Assembly (NCBI GenBank): GCA_964016885.1
Contig: OZ024743.1
Span: 365,366,001 to 365,430,000, forward strand
Source of the DNA: Eledone cirrhosa
Lineage: Eukaryota
Direction: 5' to 3'
Length of the DNA: 64,000 bases
Shown here piece by piece: positions 26,835-41,118 of the stretch (position 1 is its first letter; each line of letters begins with the position of its first letter). Under the pieces are notes generated by a model. It worked only from the letters and a program-made list of their open reading frames with translations, ran no database searches and was not told the origin of the DNA. A program made the position numbers and the translations under genes.

Positions 26835-28369
26835 CGCACACACAGACACACACACACAAACGTACACTACATATGCATATGTATCTATATATATAAATAT
26901 GTATATGTAGTGTACGTTTGTATGTATGTTTGTGGGTTTATAAATTTGTTTGTGTGTTTGTGTGTTTATAAGTTTGTATGTGTGTGGGACGCCCACACAG
27001 TGGTTTGTTATAATATATATTTATTTTCATTCATATGATATTTACATTTGTATACATACAAACTTTGTATGCAGCCGGGTATTGTTAATTCGATGATATT
27101 TTTCCTTCGATTTGAAGGTTGGGGGATATATAAAGAAGCTGCAAGAAAAAAGCCTTTTGTTCTTCCCCAGAGTGGGTGGTCCCTCACGTGGAACTCAATT
27201 TGCTGTTCATTTATACAACTTCCCATGTCTTCCCCTCTTCATCTCCCCCTCTCTCACTCTCTTTCCCGAGAACGACTCTCTATGTACGCCCATCAAGTCT
27301 TCTATCTAACCATTTATCTGTGTCTTTCAAATGTACATATGTATGTATGTTTGTATGTGTGTATGTATGTAAATATGTATGTTTGTATGCATGTTTGTAT
27401 GTAAATAAGTATGTATGTATTTGCGTTTGTGTGCGCGTGTATATACATATATACGTAAATACATAAGCAGTCCAGAGGGAAAACCAATGTAGTTACTGAA
27501 TTCCAATCATTTATTTCTACAATTGTTTCTATAAAGATAAATGTATTACCAACCAAAATAATTAATTCATCAGCTAATCAATTAATTATTTACATGGCAC
27601 AAAAACATCTCTCCTCATCTCGTCAGGAAATATAGATCAATCAATCGAGTTACTTTGTCCCGTTAAGATAATACGTAGGCAAGCGTTCAAAAAGCGAAAG
27701 AAACACATGAAAAAGATAAAAGCAGGTGAGTTGTGTAGTTGAAGAATAGCAGGTTACTTTGAGTATTTTGCAGGAAAGTATAGTGTAAAAAGTAATACAC
27801 CGTTAGAGAGAAACCTAAATGGAATTGAAAATCACTATGCATAGCGAAAATGAAATTTATTAAAATTTAATATACGTATAAACACTATTATTTACTCTAT
27901 TACATACATAAATACATACGTACGTACATACATACATGCACATACATACATACATACATACATACATACATACATACATACATACACATACATACATACA
28001 CACGTACAAAATTCATTTATATATATGTATATATATTTCTATCCATTTCTATAAAAGTCTTTCTTTTATGGTTAGTTTTTGTTTTTCCCTCTTCCATTTT
28101 TTATAATTTCTCTAATAAACGTCTCATTCTGTGAGCGAACTGCGAGAAAATACGCAGCATAAATAAACAGCTGGTAGGCCTTATTGTTATATAAATTCCT
28201 TCATTCGTGGTGAGTAGATGGTGACGGTTAAGTTGGACCTTTTGTTTCAAAAACGGATGCGAAATTTTCAATCCAGGCTGGTCCGTAGATAACATCTGCA
28301 ACATTCATTATCAAAATCAATCACAATCATTCATGCATGTAATCCTAACTCACGAAGGAGTCGTAGGGG

Positions 28370-29442
28370 CGCCATATTGACAAAAATAGCCCCGCAGTAC
28401 TGTAGTGAATCCATGGATGAAAAGCTGCATGCATATCAGCACAAAATCATGCATGGATATGTTGCCAGGAAGCTCCAGAGTGAGAGTAATATAGATAATC
28501 CCAGTAGTCTATCTTCGACTAACAACCCCTATATTAGCGCCCACTTTGAAGGATGCGCTTTTGCAATCCCAAAACAGGAAATCAACACAAAATACCTGAT
28601 TCACAAAAGAGATAGGGATGCAGACAAAACACCAAGATGTGACAACAAATGCAGACTCTGCAGAATTACATCGAAGATGTTACTCAAGTCATAAGCAGCT
28701 TTCCAAAGATGTCATCGTGGTACTATCTACCTATGAGGCATGATGTAGTGGCCAAAACACTATACAATGCAATCCGTAGGAAACATAGCTCTGACAATAA
28801 ACATATTAAAAGTTACAGCAATGTGGAAGACATACACATACATAATATGAAAGAGTACTAATGGAATGTTCCAGCCAAAGCCCCCCAAAAATGCTAGCAT
28901 AGCAAACTAGATATAGTGATATGGGACAGGAAAAAGAAGGCATGCACAGTAGAGGAAGTCAGCTACCCAGCAGATGCCGATATAATATCAAAGATTGGCG
29001 AAAAGGAGAATATTTATGCAGAACTGATGAGAAATCTGCAGATACTCCACCCTGATTATACCTTCAGGTTTATGCCTGTGATTATTGGGGCACTGGGGTA
29101 TGTTAGTAACTGCCTCAATACAAATCTTGAGAAGCTGGGCTTCACAGGAACAGAAAGAACACGACTAGTTAGGAAATCACAAGTACAATCCATTAATGGA
29201 ACAGTAAAAAATATGTAAAAGATTGTACAGATACAAAGCATATGCATATGCACACATACAACTCAAAACATACACATACACACATACAATAACATCCATA
29301 CCTGTACACACATGCATGCATGCAGACATGCATACATATCTACCTAGTTGATGTTGTTTAAATGAGACAGTCTTGTATCTATGTTAGAAACCAACTCTCT
29401 CTCTATTGGTTAAAATTTATAGAATTATAAAACCACAAGAAC
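28370..29442 (+). mobile_element. 3' fragment of an R4/Dong-type LINE (CCHC plus RLE), decayed
   Basis: MHGY, FEG..FAI.KQEINTKYL, CRLC, RHDVVAK, EEVSYPAD, PVIIGALG; ends in ACATACATAC. Confidence 0.85.
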
Positions 29443-29877
29443 ATACATACATGATTGGTACATTTTTATCGAACCTGGAATGATTAAAAAGCAAAGTCGT
29501 CCGCGGCAAGATTTGAATTAGAAACGGAAAGGAGTCAATTGAATTGAATCGATTTTGTAGTTGAGTGGTGGGGAAAACGTCACTCGTTTAAGTCAAGTGA
29601 CCTATCGTGCTTCACCCGGGGCTTCAGGTTAACTGTCATTTCAGCTAATGAACTCTGACATTATGTATAGTAGGGATATATTTAAAGAGGCATACTATCA
29701 GTTGGGGATTTTCAAGGAGAATTTGTCAGAAGTCAAAGATTGAAATGAAGTTGTCAGCTCATAAGACTTTTTTTATGTATCGTGATGAGATGTTGAATTC
29801 GGAAATGGTGGTGGGATGCTGAGAAATGAAAAGAGGAGTGAGAACAGACGACAGAGAGTAGGATAAAAGTATGTTTG

Positions 29878-29914
<37 letters not shown>

Positions 29915-30530
29915 ACACACACATGCACGCACACACACACATACATATATATGTATATATATATATATATATTATGTGTGTGTGTGTGAGTGTGTAGAGA
30001 AGAGAGAGAGAAAGAGAGAGAGAGAGGAGAGTGAGAGAGAGAGAGAGAGACTGAGAGAGAGTGGGGAGAGAATGGATGATTATAAGGAAAAGATGGAGCC
30101 CGAGAAGACAGAAGGGGATTGAGGTAGGAGTAAAACGAAACCAAACGAAACCAAAACAAACCAATAAATAACTATAAATATAATTCATTTAGATTAGAGT
30201 AATATTAGTTGTGGGTGGTCATTGGGTTACATGTCAACCCACTTCTAACCCCTTGACACTCACATACATATACATGTATATTTTTATAAACAAACACATA
30301 TTCAACACAATATACGTACACTCAAATATGTGTTTCTTGTGTGGTAACCGGGATATCTTTTAATCTAAGCCCTCATCTTGTAGGCGAATACGAATTATTA
30401 TATTATGTTAATTATATACAAGATATACACTCACATGCATAGAAAGATATACATCTACACATATATGTACACATGCGCAAACACATACGTACATACACTA
30501 ACTTATAAACACACGCACACATATATTTGC

Positions 30531-30593
<63 letters not shown>

Positions 30594-30646
30594 TATTGGT
30601 GCTCTGAAATAGCGATGTATATATGAATCAAATATACTATACATAC

Positions 30647-30710
<64 letters not shown>

Positions 30711-30904
30711 ATGTATGTATGTGTGTGTGTGTGTGTGTTATTACTTTTATGATTTTAATAACCTCTGTCATTTTCGTTCACCAAATTTATTTACATTATT
30801 CTTAACTTCGAGAATCGTTCGGCTTCCTAGATAGTCTAATGACTCCTTTTATACCATAAACGTGGTTTTGTCTTTGCGTGTATTTGTTCTTCTCGCTCCA
30901 CATA

Positions 30905-31110
30905 ACGACGTATTATCTTCGCTTTTTTCCGTTCATTGCCAGGGAACGTCTTCACGAACCAAAGTATCGTCTTCCTGTTTTCCCCCGGTTGCAACGTTTT
31001 TCGAAATATTTACTTCTGCGTTCACAGATTGATTTTTTTTAGTTTCAGAAGATCCCATTAAGGGTGAAAGCAGCGATTCTTTGTTCTTAAACTTTAATCT
31101 ATTATTTCAA
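30905..31110 (+). mobile_element. short repeat family A, copy 3
   Basis: High similarity to 5475-5675; ends in (TA)n. Confidence 0.75.
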
Positions 31111-31549
31111 TATATATATATATATGTGTGTGTGTGTGGGGGAGGGGAGGGGGCGTGAGTATGTATTTATTATACGTCTTCCTAAACATATTTCACTTTC
31201 ATATATATATTACACAATGCGCCAGTTCACTCACTTGGAAGAAATGAGTTGCGACATCACTTGTGCTTAGCTGTATCAGCCTTTGTCTTTCTCTTGGACA
31301 ATATCGGGATTGGTGGCAGTTACGCAAACCCTCGATTTTTGCGTGTCAATTAATTTTCATTCATTACACCCCTGATACATATACATGTACGTGTATATGT
31401 ATATATATATATTATTTGTAGCGATACATTCATAGCGTGGTTCAGAATAAAGGTGTATATGAAATATATACAACATGTTCATGTATAACATAATACATAA
31501 GTCTCACTGTAGGTAAGTTGTGATCATATCAGACCTTCCTCAGTAACCG

Positions 31550-31603
31550 CGTGAAAACGCTAAATACTGGTGGTTCAGGACACCAGTATTTAGCGTTTTC
31601 ACG
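31550..31603. repeat. perfect hairpin with a stem of about 23 bp
   Basis: CGTGAAAACGCTAAATACTGGTG-gttcagga-CACCAGTATTTAGCGTTTTCACG. Confidence 0.9.
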
Positions 31604-31959
31604 TTTCACCATCTTAGGTGACGTTTACTAATGAAGAAAAATAAGCTATAAGTCTATTTGCATATAGTGTCGCTTGACGGGATGGAATAAATTAGCAATA
31701 GTACTAATACAACATGATTCAGAATAGAGCCGTACATGAAAGCATATACAATAACAAACACATTTTTCTTGCTGTGGATATTTTCGACTCTGATCATGTC
31801 ACAGTGGCATCATTTACCGAAGATAATTACCAAAAGACGCGCGGAAAGCTAAATTATTTAAGCTACAGTGGATATAAAACAAATCTGATTCGACATATCT
31901 ATGTAGTGAGGAACACTCTATCGAGCTACACACGCTTTCGAGTAACGTTACTCCAAGGA

Positions 31960-32678
31960 TCCTTCAGAGGAACCCTATTTTGGCCGCTTGTATTCGCAAT
32001 CATATCCTTTCGGTCAATATCCAAGATTCATGACCATAAGTAAGGGTTGGCACGAATACCGAATTGAAGATAGCGAGTCTGATTACTGAATGCTGAAGCT
32101 GGTGCATTACTGCACCAGCTCCTGCACGTATTGCACTTAATTCAGCCTTCTGCCTTCCATCACTCGTGACCACGGCCGCGAGATACTTGGACTTCCCTAC
32201 AGGTTCAGTGGAACTCCATTCACATGTAGAGTGCACTGCGCTGGCTTTCATCAGAGGGCGAGCATCACAGGCTTTGCAGCAATGATTTTCATTCCATCCA
32301 TGCAGCACTCGGCATCAAACCTATCAAGTGCAAGTCGGAGATCACCCTCTGTCGAGTTAAGTAACACCATGTCGTCTGCAAATTTCAGCAGACTGATTTT
32401 ACATCCGCCAGTCATGACACCACTCCCAACCCGGCTGTGCATGTTAATCCTGTTCATGTAAACAGGGGAGGCGACATTACGCACCCCTGGTGGAGTCCGA
32501 CTGCACATTGAATGGTTTCGATTTAGCACCATTTATCCGAATCCAAATACTCGGGCATTCGTATAGAGACATCAGGGCAACAAGTAGCTGACCATCGATC
32601 CGATACTCCTGGAGAACCTTCCACAGCGGATCCCGGAGAACATGGTCATATTCCTTTTCGAGGTCTACAAAACAAGAA
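31960..32678 (-). mobile_element. RTE-clade LINE RT fragment, decayed
   Basis: CFVDLEKEYD..LWKVLQEY, LLKFADDMVLL, KYLAAVVTSDG, SVFVPTLTYGHESWILTERI. Confidence 0.85.
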
Positions 32679-33984
32679 TTTAACTCTGTCTAAGTGAACC
32701 GAGATAATACATTCAGCTACCGTGACCTAATTCTTTGATGGACGTTGTACATAAAAATTGTTAACTACCACCAGCTACATAATCATTGAGATTCATGGGA
32801 AATTCTTTGCTGCGCAAATTGATATTTATTGCCTGAATATTAACTTACTCTGAAACCCGTCACTCAAATGTCACTGTTCATTGAGAGTTAACAAAAAGAA
32901 ATTTAAAGAGACATACTGGCTGCCTGGGTTTTTAACATGATTGTGTATAAGTTGACTTGTGGAGTTAATTAGTCTATTGATTCGTTGATTGGGCGCCTGC
33001 CCATCTGGCTGTCTGGCTGTCTGTCCTGCAGAGTCTATGGTTCGATGCCTTCATGATTGAATCCGTTTCTTTTTTTAATAGCTTAGTTAAAGGAAGAACG
33101 ACAACAACCATCACAGTGGGAGAATGGCAGGGAAGAGCTATTGTCTGATCAAAAACTTAATCTAAATATTTGCAACTGGGTGGATTCTACTGAAATTACC
33201 CTTGGACTAGGTATTGGTGTTAAACCGAGCTATTGCTTAAAGTTTATCACATTAAAACAGAAACGTCCACACAATTACCGTCATAGAAATTGCACTCACA
33301 CGGTATGGATTAATTCAAGGCTATGATAGAATACACTTTTTCCGAGGTGACACCCAAACATGATCAAACATGAAACTACGAAGTTGTGAAGCGAACTTCT
33401 GTATCACCAAAAAAAAAAACGTTTTATTTCATGGTAGGTTAAAATTTCTTGTTTACATGGTCTGGTGTAAGTGGAAGAAATATAACAGGAGACAGAAAGA
33501 ATAACTTGATAGGTGTAGAGATAAAGAAAGAAAAAGCTGAATTTTTATGTTGTTGGTTATTCTTTTGCTGGTTTCAGCCATTGGATTGAGGCCAGGCTGG
33601 AGCACCGTAACGAAAAGATTTAGTCGATTTTCCTTTAATGCCGGGTATAAATTTGCTTTTCATTCTTTCGAAGTTGAAAAATCTATCAGTCCAGAAATGG
33701 TGGTGATTCTCTTTCTACAACCCATTTTCAGTTCCTCTCTATCACTTTATTTCCTTCTTTGGGAGAAATTGTTTGTGTTCAAACCTGGAGAGGGAATGGG
33801 CTCCGCCAGATTTAAAATACTCAAGACCCACTATATGCCACTACGGTGTCTCTACGTCTCCACCACGAGTTTGGTATCCATTCATGCATAGATTTGTCTA
33901 ACCGCTAAGTTATGGGATATAAACAAACAGCTAACGTAGACACACACGCACGCGTACAATCACACATGCACGCATATATATATC

Positions 33985-34023
<39 letters not shown>

Positions 34024-34024
34024 G

Positions 34025-34407
34025 GTTCCCCTTTTCTCTCTCTCGTCTACGATTTCACAGAACTTATGTTTACCGAATTCACGGACTGGACTCCTTCTTC
34101 CTCCCGTTTGACCTGTGTGGAATTCCTTCCTTGCTCACATTTCAACCAGGTTTGATGGTCTTTATTCTCTCTCCTTCACGATTTCACCGAACTTATATTC
34201 ATGGAAATCTGGGACTTGACTCGTTCTTTCTCACTTTTCATTGCTTTACCATCTTTGTTTGTTTACACTCTCGCTCGTTCCCTTTATTTACGTGTCCCAA
34301 CGACTTTCTTTAGCCGTTGCTCGCACCAACCGGAGGTATATGGTCTTTAAAGCGATGAAATACCGATGATGGTTTGAAGATCACTGATGAAGGACTAACT
34401 TTATTCA
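34025..34407 (+). mobile_element. short repeat family B, copy 1
   Basis: TTGCTCGCACCAACC…GATGAAATACC…CACTGATGA.GGACTAA is shared with the inverted copy at 37190-37275; (TA)n flanks. Confidence 0.6.
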
Positions 34408-35336
34408 TATATATATATATATATACATATAAGAAGGAAAGTGAGTAAAATCGAAGTTGCAGAGATCGGCCAGCATCCCTCGAAAAAACAATATTCGGAA
34501 GCACTCAATAAGAAGATATCGATAAATCGATAAGTTACATCTCAGAGTAATATACATACGAGGAGCTTCCACACAGTTTTTGTCTATCAAATTATACAGC
34601 AGATGTCATGAAGCTGGATTGAACTCGACGTCACGGGGCTGAAAAGCGAATTTTTTAACTATGCAGCCATACCTGCTTGTGTTTGTTGGATAGGAGATTC
34701 ATAACACGTTATATTCAATGCAAATTCTACTTTAATCAATTGCTTATTTCATGGTCACATCAATCATTAAACTTTTGTACCTAGCAACCAGCCAGTAAAT
34801 TACACCTGAAGTGAAATGAAGAAAAACAACATTAGCATAATGAATTATTCTAGAGAAGATGCCAGGGAATATAACCCGGATATTGAATTAATTGAAGTTA
34901 ATTAAATATAGAATGTAGTGGGTAATATGTCTGACCTAAGCCAGTAGGGTGACAACTTCGTGCATGAGGACAAGGATATCTCTTAAATACTTGGTTGAGT
35001 TAATTAAATGAAATAACGTGTAAACTAGTTGGCAGACTCCTCTTACTTAGCGATTCACCAATATTCACCAAAAAGATTTAAAATAAATCTGAAATCTGAG
35101 ATTTCTATTAAGATGACAGATAAGTGAGAAAAATCGTTGTGCCAAAGAAAATAATGCATGAAAGGGAAACTCAGAGATAAATTAGAAACGTCACTGTTAA
35201 CATTGCACAACACTGTATTATGTATGTATGTAGATGTACGTAAATAACATATCTGTCTATCTACTTGTCTATACATATATAGGTGTGTATATATCTATAT
35301 ATTGGAAAATGTGTGAGATCCTTGGTACAGTTAGGT

Positions 35337-35523
35337 ATATTTGAAAAAAAGGAAAAGAATGACTTCACTTGTAGTTCTAAACAATTTGATTTAATTTTAT
35401 AATATTATAAAATTATGAGTTGGTAGATCTAATCTACCAACTCATAATATTATAATATTATAAAATTAAATCAAATTGTTTAGAACTACAAGTGAAATCA
35501 TTCTTTTCCTTTTTTATCAAATA
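35337..35523. repeat. AT-rich fold-back, arms of about 90 bp
   Basis: …ATGAGTTGGTAGAT-cta-ATCTACCAACTCAT… with pairing extending to both ends. Confidence 0.9.
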
Positions 35524-36154
35524 TATATATATATATATATATACAAATGGAAGTTAGGCATAATCGAAGCTCTGGCTGCAGCTAAGCTAACGTATGCAAT
35601 CGGAATGTACAGCTAAGCACTCAATAAGGTATTTTACCTTAGAGTTATAACATTACTTTTAGACAGCTTTGGAAATTAAAGACAGCGACCGGTAAGCCAG
35701 CCGCAGTGACCAAAGCAACAAGAAAACCGACTCATATACTGGTATCTATCTGCTGTTTATTGTAGGCCAATAACGTTGTTAGAACTTTAAAGAAAGAATT
35801 CCAGCGAGATCTGCTGATGAGAATTATTGTTTTGTAGAGGGCTTTCATTATATTAAAGCAGCTATGAATGGTGTTTAAATTAGTTCATTGTATTACGATC
35901 GTTTCAGAAGGTTAATTCAGATCCATCTCACCGTCTTCCTCAGAAATAATGAAATATGATCTTTATTTGCAAGTTGTGTAAAGAGGTCGAAACGTTCAAT
36001 TGGATATGTGGTCAATGAAAAATAAAGGATAAAAGATAAAATAATATATTATTGGGATTCACAGTCCCATGTGAAGAAAGACGAGTAAAAAAAAAACAAG
36101 GAGAAAAATTAATAGAAAAAAATAATAAGTAGAAAAAATGAAATAAACAAATAA

Positions 36155-36344
36155 ATAATTGTTTCTACTTTTGGCACAAGGCCATCAATTATCCCAGTGC
36201 ATTACTGGTACTTTATTTTATCGACCTCGTAAGGATGAAAGGCAAAGTCAACCTCGGCGGGATTTGAACTCAGATCGTAAAGGGACGTAACTATGCTGGA
36301 AAGCATGGTGTCTGACCCTCTACCGATACTGCCAATCCACCACC
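36155..36344 (-). mobile_element. tRNA-derived SINE with Meta/MESC-like domain
   Basis: Reverse complement of 46311-46496; B-box GTTCAAATCC. Confidence 0.8.
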
Positions 36345-36399
36345 AACAAATAAATAATAATATAAAGAATGAGTGGAAAAATTAGAAATTTGAAGATTA

Positions 36400-36790
36400 G
36401 GTGACTCATTCTTCGCTTCCCAACCTTGTCACTTTGGTCACAAGTCCGTCTCCGCTGCCCACAATGCCTTATTGACCTCTTCCTCTTTACACCGATCTCT
36501 GTCGAAACCTCTGTCGTCCTTGATCCTCGCACTGCCGATTTCCTTCGTTAAATCGGAAAGACAACGGCTTTCTTGAGGAAGGAACCTTTCTTGGGGAAGG
36601 CTGTTGTAGCCAGAGTCTCCGGTCATTCTCCATGGTAACGCTTTTGCCATTTTGTCCGCCGGGCGCGGATGCGACACCCCTCAGACTAGGGTGTAGTGAC
36701 TGTTCTTCCATCTCTCCTTTTCTGTCATCGCTCGACCCTTCTTTCTTTTCCCCCTTTTCATTTTTTCTTTTTTTTACTTTTCTGTTTTAT
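36400..36790 (+). mobile_element. CRE-clade non-LTR retrotransposon 3' fragment (RLE domain), decayed
   Basis: Plus-strand translation FTPISVETSVVLDPRTADFLR*IG and, after a frameshift, ILHGNAFAILS; T-rich 3' end; clade assignment from recalled motifs. Confidence 0.6.
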
Positions 36791-37052
36791 TTTTTTTTTT
36801 ATTATTACATACTGCTAGGGAACCTTATAGAAGAATGAAGAAGTAAATAAATAGGTGAACTCCTTCATTGTTACTATCTGTTACTCCAGCCTCCGACGCA
36901 CTACAGCTTGTCCCATCTTTGTCTACGATAAAACAGACAATTCCACTTAATGGGTAACCGAAGACCCACATCAACATACATACACACAGACATACATATA
37001 CACAGACACATACATACATATATACACACACGTGCACACACACACACTCACA

Positions 37053-37134
<82 letters not shown>

Positions 37135-37138
<4 letters not shown>

Positions 37139-37728
37139 AAACAAGGGGAGAAGAATACTGCATGGTTGCACATGGATTACATATTATAAAATTAGTCCCT
37201 CATCAGTGATTTGCCAACCATCATTGGTATTTCATCGCATTACAAATCAGATACCTCAGGTTGGTGCGAGCAATAACTAAAATAAGCTATTAGGACAAGT
37301 GAAACGCGTAAAGCGAGTGAGACAAGTAAACAACAGAAGGAAAAGCAAACCGAAGGTTGGAAAACAGCAAGCCACATGATAGTTATCCGATCAGCATAAG
37401 CTGGGTGAATTTCATGAGCGGTCAGAGAAGCAGACCGTACGCCGTGAATGCGGTGTGGGAAAGAAGGAACCCCACTACTAGCGAACGGGAGGAAGTGAGA
37501 AGGGGAGAAACAGAGAGTGAGTGAGTGGAAGTGCGAGGAAGAGGTCAGTCGAGAGAAAAAGTGTAACTGACAGAGCGGGCGAAAGAAGGTAAGAGAAACA
37601 GAGAGAACGGGGGAGCAGTAAGAGAGAAAGAGAGAAACAGATAATCGCAGTTTAGGTAAATATATATGAAAAACAAGGGGAGAAGAATACTGCATGGTTG
37701 CACATGGATTACATATTATAAAATTAGT
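37135..37728 (-). mobile_element. short repeat family B, copy 2, with terminal direct repeats of about 62 bp
   Basis: 37135-37197 is nearly identical to 37667-37728. Confidence 0.7.
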
Positions 37729-38207
37729 ATATATATACTGATACATATATCCACATACTCATGCATATATATATATATGTGTGTGTGTGTGTAAATTTCG
37801 TATATCTAATGATATACGGTATGTTTACGAATAAACATTCATAAGTTACAAATGGCCGCAATATATTCTCTATATTACAAGTTAGGGATTTTGTCGGTTT
37901 CGACGAGGATTATTCCAGTTTTTCCAAAAAATTGAGCAACCTACTTGTGAAATTAGCTTACAAGTGACTGAGAATTCCAAAGACACGTGCGGTTTTAATT
38001 TAGTTTTCAGTGAGATCCAATGTGGCACACCTTGTGATAAGGCTCACATTTTGAATTATAGCTACAACTCATGTTTTCCAGTTGAGTGAACTGGCGCCAT
38101 ATAAAATAAGGTGTCTTACTGAAGGACACAACGCTTCGACGAGAATCGAACTCACGATTTTACGATCGCGAGCCCAAAACGAAACCATCTCCCTTCAGTC
38201 ATATATT

Positions 38208-38242
<35 letters not shown>

Positions 38243-39328
38243 TGCCTGTACACAGTGTTTCTGTCAACCAACTTTCGCTGAAAAAGTTTGGACTAAGGAT
38301 CGAGATGTGTGATCTAATATAAACTGATCTTGTCGTAAAATTATATCGTACGACAGCAATATCTAGGGATATGAAAAGCTACCCACCGGGCTTGTTTCTA
38401 TGAAATCTTTCAGATTGGATAGTTTATTACTGAAGATTGGAACCATATCGTTTATCATGGCATACATCAATACATAGGGCACATTGAATTCTGCTGTTTA
38501 ATGAAAATATTTATTATTCAGCCTTGTCATATTCTGCCTATGAGGTAAGAATCCATAAATTACCGATATTTAATTTGAGATAGTTCTTGCAATAGAGGCT
38601 AAGTGGATTAGAGCGTTACTGGTCTTAGTTTATACTTAAAGTTTCCGAGTTCGAACCCAGTTCGGTATTGTTTACATATCCAGGAATATAACATCTGATG
38701 GTGATTGAAGATCAAGACGATCCAAACTACTAGTAAGTGTATCTAAAAAGAAATAAAAACAAATGAAAAAGCGTTTCAATTCTAAAGATGATGTTAATTA
38801 GCCAGAAAAAAATTAAATTAATTCAATGAAACAAGTTCAATATTGGTGCTCCAGCATGGCTTCAACCAGTTGGCTAGTATAGTTAAAAGAGTAAAGAGTA
38901 ATTCCCAGACAATATAAGAGAAGTTTATTGTGTGTTTTTATCGTTACATAATAAAACAAATGACTATGAAAATAAGTTTTTGATTGGCTTTTAATGAATA
39001 ACCTTCTAGAAACACAGTTTTACATTATAATAACAATGTAATATCATGGATGAATAGCCAAAAATGATTAGAATTATATATATATACAATGGGCTTTTAC
39101 AGTTTCCATCAACCAAATTTCAATCACATTGGTTATTGGGTCAGCCAGAGGCTATATCAGACGACATTTGCCTAAAATGTTACACAATGGGAGATCAACT
39201 GAAATCCCGTACCCCAACAGGCATATTTCCCCACATTGCTATTAACCACATATAGATACAATGTCATAATACTCATAAGTGGTCAGTTACAAGATTTACT
39301 TTTAGTAGACGTTTTGCCGACAACAATG

Positions 39329-39411
<83 letters not shown>

Positions 39412-39814
39412 CCTCTCTCTCTCTAATCTTCACTATTTCTTTCTCTGCATATTCAAGTTACATAATTGTATTGTAGATTATATTACTGATTCTAATAGAG
39501 TGAATATTGCTTTATGCACAAAAAAGTTTCCAAAGTTTCATTTTACAGTTGTCGCCATTTCTCTGTTTCTCTACTTTGTCATTCATTCAGTACGTATGCC
39601 ATTCAAAAGTGAAAGTAAGAAGGAGACAAGATGAATAGGTGAGTAATAAGTAGGCTTCTTCATTAATAACGATATGCGCTGAAATAGTGACTCAGCAATC
39701 TGTAATGAGTGAAACTTTCTTTTGTTTCTATACTCGTATTATATTTGTGTTTTGCTTAAACAAGTAGATACATGATGCAGCTGTATATGAATGCTTCTGT
39801 ATATACATGTATGT

Positions 39815-39906
<92 letters not shown>

Positions 39907-39907
39907 G

Positions 39908-39993
<86 letters not shown>

Positions 39994-40037
39994 CATATAT
40001 ATATATCAACATACATGTATATATATATACATATATA

Positions 40038-40599
40038 CAGGGGTTGGACAAAATAATGGAAACACCTAGCATCATAGCATCATAATTTTGAAATATCTAT
40101 AAAACCGTCAATAGCTTGTTTATGTTTATGGTTTTTTTTATTTATTATTAGTGTTGCTTAATATGTTTTGTTAAAATTGCTGTTTCTTTTCAGATATCAC
40201 CAGAAAAAGTTAATTAAAATTCATTAAAATGACAGATCTATCGGAGTTTGAAAGAGGTCAAATTGTTGGTGCTCGTATGGCAGGCGCTAGCGTAACGAAA
40301 ACAGCCGAAATGTTTGGTGTATCAAGAAGTACTGTCTCGAAAGTAATGACAGCCTTTGAGAAAGAGGGAAAAACCTCCTCGTCGAAACAAAACTCCGGAA
40401 GAAAACCAAAACTTTCAGATAGGGACCGTCGGACTCTTACGCGAATTGTTAGAAAGGATCACAAAAGTACAGCTCCCAAAATTACTGCAGAGCTTAATGA
40501 CCACCCCGAGAACAATAAAAATAAACAAGCTTTTGACGGTTTTATAGATATTTCAAAATTATGATGCTATAATGTTTGCATTATTTTGTCCAACCCCTG
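40038..40599 (+). mobile_element. internally deleted Tc1 transposon
   Basis: TIRs CAGGGGTTGGACAAAATAATG / CATTATTTTGTCCAACCCCTG, imperfect to about 90 bp; TA on both sides. Confidence 0.93.
40229..40564 (+). pseudogene. N-terminal paired-like HTH DNA-binding part of a Tc1 transposase; DDE domain missing
   Basis: DLSEFERGQIVGAR..GVSRSTVSKV..SGRKPKLSDRDRRTL, running into the right TIR. Confidence 0.85.
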
Positions 40600-40661
40600 T
40601 ATATTCGAAAGATACGAGTTACAAGTCGACATAGCCACACAAATTTCTCCATCTCTCTTAA

Positions 40662-40755
<94 letters not shown>

Positions 40756-40942
40756 TATGTGTCTGTGCGCGTGTCTGTGTGTGTGTGTATGTTTATTAAT
40801 TAAAAAGACAATGTGGCAGCATACTACTATGTCCGTTGCTGGGTCAAAAACATAGCACACACTTTTTCCTCTCTGTTTCTTTTTGTGCTTGTTTCCTTAA
40901 AGTATACCATCATTCCGTTGGAATACATCTATTACACAATTT

Positions 40943-41000
40943 GCACCTGATGAGGTCACCGGGTTCTTACATAACCTGGCCACTGAAATGTTCATAGTGT
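40943..41000 (+). ncRNA. type-I hammerhead ribozyme, canonical core
   Basis: gcac-CTGATGA-ggtca-ccgggtt-cttacat-aacctgg-ccact-GAAA-tg-tt-ca-TA-gtgt; AUA triplet. Confidence 0.7.
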
Positions 41001-41046
41001 TTGCAGTAATAACATTTTAAGGAAATTCAACATATTTGGCCTCCTG

Positions 41047-41118
<72 letters not shown>

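Noticed and set aside
38595-38670. tRNA gene (GTTCGAACCC B-box)
   Set aside because: No cloverleaf can be folded; more likely a decayed SINE head, as at 41119
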